Below the pieces are notes generated by a model that saw only the letters and a list, made by a program, of their open reading frames with translations, did no database searches and had not been told where the DNA came from. 64,000 bases of DNA. Origin: a virus. Lineage: Duplodnaviria; Heunggongvirae; Uroviricota; Caudoviricetes. The DNA lies in IMG/VR virus record IMGVR_UViG_3300014043_000277. One strand, given 5' to 3'. Of this stretch, positions 48,013 to 55,200 are shown one piece after another. The position numbers and the translations under genes were made by a program. The number at the start of each line of letters is the position of its first letter. The first letter of the stretch is position 1.

Positions 48013-48150
48013 GCAATATGAATATCATACAATGCAATAATCACATTAAGAATACAATACGTTAATATGAAAAACAAAAAATTAACAAGAACATAATCAG
48101 CATGACTACTACGAATGAATTCAATGCGAACATTTGAAAATCAATTTCGC

Positions 48151-48282
48151 GCGGATATTGCGAACTGCATCAACATGTCAACCTTATTCACTAAGACTCC
48201 GAATGTGAGTTCACGTAGTTGCAATGACAAGAACTCAACTAACAAGTCATATGTCACTGATATGAATAATACGCAATACTGA
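48151..48282 (+). other. Silent alternative pilin C-terminal cassette (inverted partial copy)
   Basis: Translates ADIANCINMSTLFTKTPNVSSRSCNDKNSTNKSYVTDMNNTQY*, homologous to the pilin C-terminus; no hydrophobic pilin N-terminus upstream. Confidence 0.8.
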
Positions 48283-48305
48283 TATGCGATTCGCATGAAC
48301 ATATT

Positions 48306-48350
48306 AAGCGGAACCGCACGGTGATTTTCCGTGCGGTTCCGCTTTTTTTT
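48306..48350 (+). terminator. Intrinsic terminator of the silent cassette
   Basis: 16-bp inverted repeat followed by a T8 tract on the plus strand. Confidence 0.75.
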
Positions 48351-48396
48351 GCTTTTTGTATTCAAAATGTATTCATGGATTCATAAGATTTTATGC

Positions 48397-48430
48397 AAAA
48401 AGGAACCTGCCGGTTAAGCAGGTTCTTTTT
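48397..48430 (-). terminator. Intrinsic terminator of the pilin gene
   Basis: GAACCTGC/GCAGGTTC stem with A/T tracts. Confidence 0.7.
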
Positions 48431-48448
48431 AATGCCATGAACTCAGTA

Positions 48449-48715
48449 TCAGTAATCCGTCTTGTTAGTGTCATATGAATGACCAGTTGAGTTCTTGTCA
48501 TTGCAAGAACGGGCGGTGACCGATGAGTTATGAGTGAATGAGGTTGACGTGTTGATGCAGTTCGCAACATCAGCACCCTTGCGTTCAGTTGATGCCATGA
48601 GCTTACCGAAAATGACCACAATGGCAACAAGCACCAGAGCGAGAATCATAACCGGACCGATGACAGATGCTTCAGCCTCATCCGAGGTGGCTTGCGCTTT
48701 AATGTAATCCATCAT
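48449..48715 (-). CDS. Flp/type IV-like pilin
   Basis: Short charged leader, 20-aa hydrophobic helix, small two-Cys C-domain; AAGGAG SD; adjacent to tadC. Confidence 0.7.
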   Translation of the reverse strand: MMDYIKAQATSDEAEASVIGPVMILALVLVAIVVIFGKLMASTERKGADVANCINTSTSFTHNSSVTARSCNDKNSTGHSYDTNKTDY

Positions 48716-48831
48716 GATGTTTTAATCTCCTTATTGTAATTGTAATTGAATGGAATATTTCGACCGCTATTTCTAGCTTAGTCTATTATATATCTATCAA
48801 ACTCGATTGTCAGTAGTAATAGTAGTAGTAA

Positions 48832-49064
48832 TTGACTTCCTCCCACGCCTGAAGGCGTGGGATTCCTACACCGTTCGCCTTAATGGAGGCTTGCGGTTCG
48901 GTGGGTTCCCGCATCATTGGCGTTAGCGTTGCGACTGGCGCAAGCCAGCCTACGGGCGTTTAATGACTCGGCTAGCCCAGCCGCGTCAAGAATATTCAAA
49001 GCAGCATTCCAATCACGATCCAGATATGCCCTGTATGAACTCACGCTTACTATGATCATGATTG
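48832..49064 (-). mobile_element. 233-bp internally deleted derivative of the tnpB IS (omegaRNA/right end retained)
   Basis: Begins CAATCATG after GCTAT; matches 24985-25010 then about 26115-26306; ends GGAAGTCAA; perfect right-end hairpin CCCACGCC/GGCGTGGG. Confidence 0.88.
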
Positions 49065-49098
49065 ATAGCGGTATTTTCCATATGACGATGCCTTAATA

Positions 49099-50853
49099 TC
49101 ATGCGGGATCATCCATCAGCAAGTCATTCAGGAAATCACGCCCATCATCAGCAAGCATGCCTTTCATATCGCGTATTTTCACTACGAAAGTACCAATGAC
49201 TTTCTCATCAACGGTTTTCTCAGCGTATGGAATATAGCACACTGAATTCTGTCCGTCACGATGGCAGCGTCCCATCTGCTGCATTGTGTCCAGCACTCGA
49301 TTCCTGACATCCGCAAGAATGGTTATTCTGTCCGCAGTGGTTGCATTGGAACCATCCGGCAGTTTCTCTCCGGCATGGAATGACACTCCGGCGACCGTCG
49401 TGCATAATACGATTTTCGCCTCTCCTTTCTGGAATCTCAGTCGTTCCTGTTCACGGTTCGTTTCATTGCGTCCGCTGTATTCAGCGAATGGTATTCGAGC
49501 TGATCTCAATTTGCTTTCAATCATGTCTATTGTTTCCATGAATTCACAGCCAATGAAAACCTGATTGCCGGATTTCACTTGTTCAATGGCGAATTCCGCG
49601 ATTCCGGGCGCTTTCAATAAACTTGCTTTCTGACGGAATCGCAATGCTTCCACCAATGGTGATTTACTGTCATTCTTAGAGGCTGCAAGTTTTAACGCGG
49701 CGCGGAATTGAGTCCATGCAAGCATGTAGTCAGTCATGCCTTTCAACCCTATGTCCATTGGAAGTTCAATGGCTTGTTGCGTCGGCCAACCCGCTATGTC
49801 GGATGGCTTACGTTGAATATATGGCGCAGAAGGCGTTTTAAGGGCGTTTCCTATGGCTTTCACGTCCATTGCGTGTTCCTGTTCAATTTTATGCTTAGCG
49901 GCTGTCTGAGAGGCGTTTTTGTCGTTTTTAGAACCATACCATGGTATTTGCGACCATGACCACCCTGTTTTTCCTTTTTTCACATGGAATCCATTGTCCG
50001 CAAGGAATTGACCCCATGCTGACGGTGCCGTGTATTTGCGGTTTGACGGATTGATGAGTGTTGACAGCCATGGTGCCATCATTGCAAGTTCCAATGGGTT
50101 TGTTCCGGGTGTCGCCGTTCCTGATATCACGAATGGTTTTTCGCCTTTACGATATGAGGTTCCCATTTGCGCTATTGTGTTCGCCGCCATGCTCACGGCG
50201 CTGTCCGGATAGTTTTTCAAATATTGCTCCTCATCGAAAATGATGACATTGAAATTGATTTTCGGTTCTCCGTTACGTGCCGTTCGCCTGTTTTTGGTGC
50301 GTTTTGTTTTCGCGGTTTTAGCATTCGCCGGTTCCTTGATGAGTTTGTTCAATTGCTGATAGTTTATCACCATGACACGTAACAGAATTGTATCCGCATA
50401 TGCACGCAATGTGTTCCTCCATGAAGGAATGACGGATTTCGGGCATACGATGAGTACTTTCATGCGTTTCATTGGCGTGAATCCTGCTTTCCGTGCAATG
50501 TTGCAGGTTCCCACTATCATGCTTAATGTTTTGCCGACTCCGGTTCCTGACGCAATGAGGAAACCTTGCCTGCCTTGTTCCCATGCTTTCAGTATGAGTT
50601 CGCCGTCCTGCTTTTGATGCGGGTGAGGCGTGAATTTCGTGGAACCCGGTGTGAACGGACGAATATGCCGGTTATGCGTATCCTCCAGCCAGCGCTGATA
50701 TGAGAAATCATCGGAACCATATCGTTCAATCGCTTTCACTGCGGATGCTGGCGCATACCAGGTTTTCCGCCTGCTGTCATATTTCGCTCCTAGGTTTGAC
50801 GCATCATACCGTTCGTCAAATGGTACGTCAAGATAACGGACATCATCAGCCAT
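49099..50853 (-). CDS. SNF2-like SF2 helicase with an N-terminal DUF5710-like domain
   Basis: YLDVPF....A..LGAKYD...TWY; GTGVGKT; FDEEQ; SGTA; QQMGRCHRDGQ. Confidence 0.78.
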   Translation of the reverse strand: MADDVRYLDVPFDERYDASNLGAKYDSRRKTWYAPASAVKAIERYGSDDFSYQRWLEDTHNRHIRPFTPGSTKFTPHPHQKQDGELILKAWEQGRQGFLIASGTGVGKTLSMIVGTCNIARKAGFTPMKRMKVLIVCPKSVIPSWRNTLRAYADTILLRVMVINYQQLNKLIKEPANAKTAKTKRTKNRRTARNGEPKINFNVIIFDEEQYLKNYPDSAVSMAANTIAQMGTSYRKGEKPFVISGTATPGTNPLELAMMAPWLSTLINPSNRKYTAPSAWGQFLADNGFHVKKGKTGWSWSQIPWYGSKNDKNASQTAAKHKIEQEHAMDVKAIGNALKTPSAPYIQRKPSDIAGWPTQQAIELPMDIGLKGMTDYMLAWTQFRAALKLAASKNDSKSPLVEALRFRQKASLLKAPGIAEFAIEQVKSGNQVFIGCEFMETIDMIESKLRSARIPFAEYSGRNETNREQERLRFQKGEAKIVLCTTVAGVSFHAGEKLPDGSNATTADRITILADVRNRVLDTMQQMGRCHRDGQNSVCYIPYAEKTVDEKVIGTFVVKIRDMKGMLADDGRDFLNDLLMDDPA

Positions 50854-50889
50854 GATTCATGATCCTTTCAAAATATTCTTATATGGCAA

Positions 50890-52182
50890 TCATTCCCCTG
50901 TTATGTGAATCACCGGACGTTCCCAGAATCCCGTAACATCCTTGCATTCCAATGTTATTTGCTTACTGTCATTCGGATTCATGTCAACATATGTGGATGA
51001 ACATGAACCTGATGGTTCCGGCGCGAACAATGATGCTGGCAGTTTTGCAAATGGTTTCCATGTTTTCACTTCCGCCGTGATTCCGGCATGTGCTATCATG
51101 TCCGAATCATTAACCGCGTTGAAAGTCAATTTGCCATCATTGTAATCAATGTTCTCAGCTGTGAGCGTTCCCTCATCAGCGTCAAAGGATGGTTGCGTGT
51201 TGTTCAATGCAGATGGAACGTTCATGATGAGCCATATGATGATGAACACCATGAGTACACTGATTGCGCTCATCGCTATCCTGATTAGCGTTGTCGCAGT
51301 GTTGAACGCGAATAGGATAAGGCGGAATGGCAACATGAACACACTGATGATTAGATTCGGTATTCCATGCGATTTGTCAACAGATGGCTTATCCTTCTTT
51401 TCATCATCGTTGTTTTCATCATCCGGGTTCTTACCGTCATTCTTTTTATTGTCATCAGGATTGTAATTCTCATCCTGCTGTTCATCGGCATCATCCTGAT
51501 TATCATCGTCGTTTTTCGCGTTATCTCCGATTTCACTTCGGATTTTAGCAATGAATGATGCGAACAATGATTTCAAATCCTTCTTGCCTGTTGATGGTTC
51601 ATCCTTATTCTCGGTGTTTTCATCAGGGATTGCAGCGTTTTCGTTTGCTATCAATGACGGGACAGCTGGTTTCGGCATGGCGGACATTCCCATTGCAGGA
51701 ATCGGTGCTGACGGCATGTTTGAATCCATTGCAGGCATGTCAGCGGATGATTCCTGAGTATCATCATAATCATCCGGCAGTTCATCCTCATCATCCTGCA
51801 ATTCGTCATCAATGTCATCAGGAACAGGATTCTCATCAATGCTATCGAAGCCTCCCTCATATTGAGGTGTTTCCCTGTCATCAATGAGATCATCCAAATC
51901 AACGACATCGCCATCACCGAAATCCAATTCCTCCGGTTGAGCATCCGTCATCATGTGATTATCATCAGGATCAGTCCGTTCAATCCTGTTTTTCAGGATG
52001 CGCGGATTCTCATCCAATGAATCCATCATCTGACGGTTCCGGCGCGGCAATGACCTGCGTTCAGATGGATGCAATGAAACATTATCATGCTCAATGGATG
52101 AGGATGGTTTCAACCTGCGTTCAGGCGCATGCCGTTCGACCGGACGCTGCGGAACGCCGCGCCTGTTACGAGGTAATGCCAT
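50890..52182 (-). CDS. Acidic membrane-anchored hypothetical protein with a C-terminal beta-rich domain
   Basis: D/E-rich N-half, TM region around residues 275-320. Confidence 0.6.
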   Translation of the reverse strand: MALPRNRRGVPQRPVERHAPERRLKPSSSIEHDNVSLHPSERRSLPRRNRQMMDSLDENPRILKNRIERTDPDDNHMMTDAQPEELDFGDGDVVDLDDLIDDRETPQYEGGFDSIDENPVPDDIDDELQDDEDELPDDYDDTQESSADMPAMDSNMPSAPIPAMGMSAMPKPAVPSLIANENAAIPDENTENKDEPSTGKKDLKSLFASFIAKIRSEIGDNAKNDDDNQDDADEQQDENYNPDDNKKNDGKNPDDENNDDEKKDKPSVDKSHGIPNLIISVFMLPFRLILFAFNTATTLIRIAMSAISVLMVFIIIWLIMNVPSALNNTQPSFDADEGTLTAENIDYNDGKLTFNAVNDSDMIAHAGITAEVKTWKPFAKLPASLFAPEPSGSCSSTYVDMNPNDSKQITLECKDVTGFWERPVIHITGE

Positions 52183-52230
52183 GTTAATAACCGCCTTTCT
52201 GACCGCATGTAGACAATGGCTTAATATCCG

Positions 52231-55200
52231 TCATTCCGCGTATCTTCCGAATTTCCTGCGACCTATCGCCTGTTCAAGTTCGAACATGAATTCATCGGAG
52301 CAATTCACTTTCAAACCGGAATCAACCTCTGATTTATAACCATCCTTATCCATGTGAATCATGAGCGGAATGTCACCGGGATGCTTTTTCGCTATTGAGC
52401 GAATATCCTTATATGCTTTCCTGTCCTGTTTGGTTAATTGAATCCATACCGGTATGCGTCCATTTGAATCCAATTCAACTTCCTCAAACGCCACTGCTTC
52501 CATGACATGATTGCCATTATAATCAATGGTGATGTTACCGACTATCACATACACATGATTCTGCTGTAATCCGGATGCCGTTCCGAACCTGGCTATCCAT
52601 TTTTCAGCAGGATAGCCTTGAATCGCGAATGGAATGGAATCCGTTTCCGATTCAATCGTGCCGCGAATCGCTTTTCTTCCTGTTCGCATTGTTTTCATTT
52701 CAATGCTGGCAATGCTTGCAATTACACGTGATGGACGGCGTTCATACCTGCCACTGCGATACTGGTTCAGTTTCATGTGCGCAGCGTCATTGACAGTGAG
52801 AATATTACCGTAATCATCATCGCTGATTTCATATGCTTTACGCATGAATTCCAATCCTTGGCCGAGATTTGACAATGGATGCCCGGAAACAGCCACTCCG
52901 AGACGCTTTTCCTCTTCCACGAGCCGTTGAATCCAATCCCAATCCTGTATGTCCGGAATATGGAATTCACCCATGCCATCATTATTGTCATCATCGTCAT
53001 CATCAAAATCAAACAGGCTTTCCTTACCTGCCGCAGATGCTTTTGATTCAGACTTGTAATAGTCAATGAGTTCATTTTCACATGCGATCATTCCGCGCCG
53101 TGAAACACCGAACTTGTCAAACGCACCCGCTCCGGCCAGTCCATCAATGAATTTCTTATTGATGAGTGATGCTGGCAATGAACGCATGAAATCATCAACT
53201 GACGTGTATTTGCCATCATGTTTCGCGCGGGCGGCGACGAATTCCTGCGCGGTTCCAATGCTGACACCTTTGATGCCGCTGATTCCGAATACGATATCAG
53301 GATCATCAGGTGATGTTTTCTTAACTGCGCTCACACCGACATCACTGTTGTCAATGTCAATCGCGCCGACTTTCAATCCTATTTCACGGACTTCCCTGAT
53401 GGCGTTCTTGACATCATCAACATCCTTGGATTTCCTGATTTTATCAGTGAGGACAGCAGCCATGAATTCAGCCGGATAATGGCATTTCAAATAAGCGGTT
53501 TCATATGAGATGATTGCATATGATGCGGCATGGGAATTATGAGACACGATTCCCTGCATGATGAAATTAGCCGGTCCGTCATGTTCCATTTCAATGTCAT
53601 ATACTGTCTGACGCATCGGTTTCCCTGATTCCAATGTTTTCGTCGGTTCAATGCTGATGATCCTGTCGCCATTGGAAACATGATGACGCATGAGCGCGGC
53701 GTCAATCGTGTCAATGTAATCCGCTGGTGTCATGTACACGAATGGAATGTCATCACCATACTTGTTATCAATGAAATATTGGCGACCGCGACGTAAACCA
53801 TCCATTTCAAAATAAATGCCATCAGCGTAGAAATCACAATATTTCACCTGCCCATCCTTATTAGTCAATGGCTTATGCAATTCAAAATCAACGCCACGGG
53901 ATAGCAAATATTCACCTGCCTGCGCTTCCACGCGGGAATCGCATACACGTCCATCGGAAAGGCGAGTCATGATTCCATAACCATGCAATGCTCCATTATC
54001 ATGAGCGTTCAAATGAGCGTAATACATCGCCTTGACGGAATTATCATTCCTATCAGGATGCAACCGCTGGATTGCCTGCTGATGAGCGCATCTGTCCTCA
54101 TATGATAAAGTTGACTGGTATTCTTTCATGCGTTCGCTGTTCACTTGCCGCGTATGCTCATCCATGCTTGCGATGAGCGCATTCTTGCGACGTGTTTCCA
54201 ATGTTTCCAATGGAAGGCGACGATTCCAATCGTCATCAATCATGAGTTCAGCGCCGACATGCAATGTTCCGTCATCAATGGTTCCATAACCTGCCGTCGT
54301 CAACAAGCGATGATTGCCGGTAACATTGCAGTATTTGCCGGATTCAGTGCGGATAGTGTAAGTGACCGCTTTCAATGGCTGTTTAGTGATTGATTTCACC
54401 TTATGCGGTTTAATGGAACCATCCGGATACATTGACAGGATGCTGATGTTCAATGGCGCACCTGATTCATGTTCACGATAAATGTCCTCAACGCGCATTT
54501 TCTCATAATCATCATCACCAATGGAAACGCAAACCAATGTCCTGCCGTCAAAACAGGAATTGAATCCGTATTCGCCAAATTTCTTCAAATATTCCCATAA
54601 TTCCGTGGTTTCCTCGCGCGGATAGCCTTTCGCGACGGCATTATTGATGAATTTTGGTTCCATTGCATTCAGGACATCCATTTTCTTATGTCCCATGCCT
54701 TTACGCAGGGCATCGGCGTCACCCCATGAGAAGTCGCTCAGAAAACGTGATATGTTCATTATCTGTTCTTGATATAATACCAAATTTTCGGTATTTTTAA
54801 GAACATCATCAACTGGACTGTTTTTGAACACTTTATCCAATCGTTCGTTGATGACATATGCCGGCGCTTTACCGGCGGCGCGATCAGCATACTGGTTATG
54901 CGCGTCCATTCCCATCGGGCCTGGACGATACAATGCGACGGATGCCTGAATGTCCTCGAATTTTTTCGGATGCATTCGTTTGAACAATGCTTGCATTCCC
55001 GCGCTGCTGAGCTGGAAGACGTTAAGCGTCTCGCCGCGTGAAAGCATGTTATAAGTCGGTTTGTCATCCATCGGACCATGCACGAGAGCGTCAATGTCCA
55101 CGGTTTTGCCATCATGTGTATGCATGATGTTCGCAAGCGTGTCACCGACAATATCCAAATCAGACAGGGATAGGAAATCCATTTTGATGAGTCCAATGGA

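Noticed and set aside
48812-48831. (AGT)n microsatellite as a phase-variation tract for the pilin
   Set aside because: Short, imperfect and upstream of the apparent pilin -10 (about 48785-48790); noted only as the putative guide sequence
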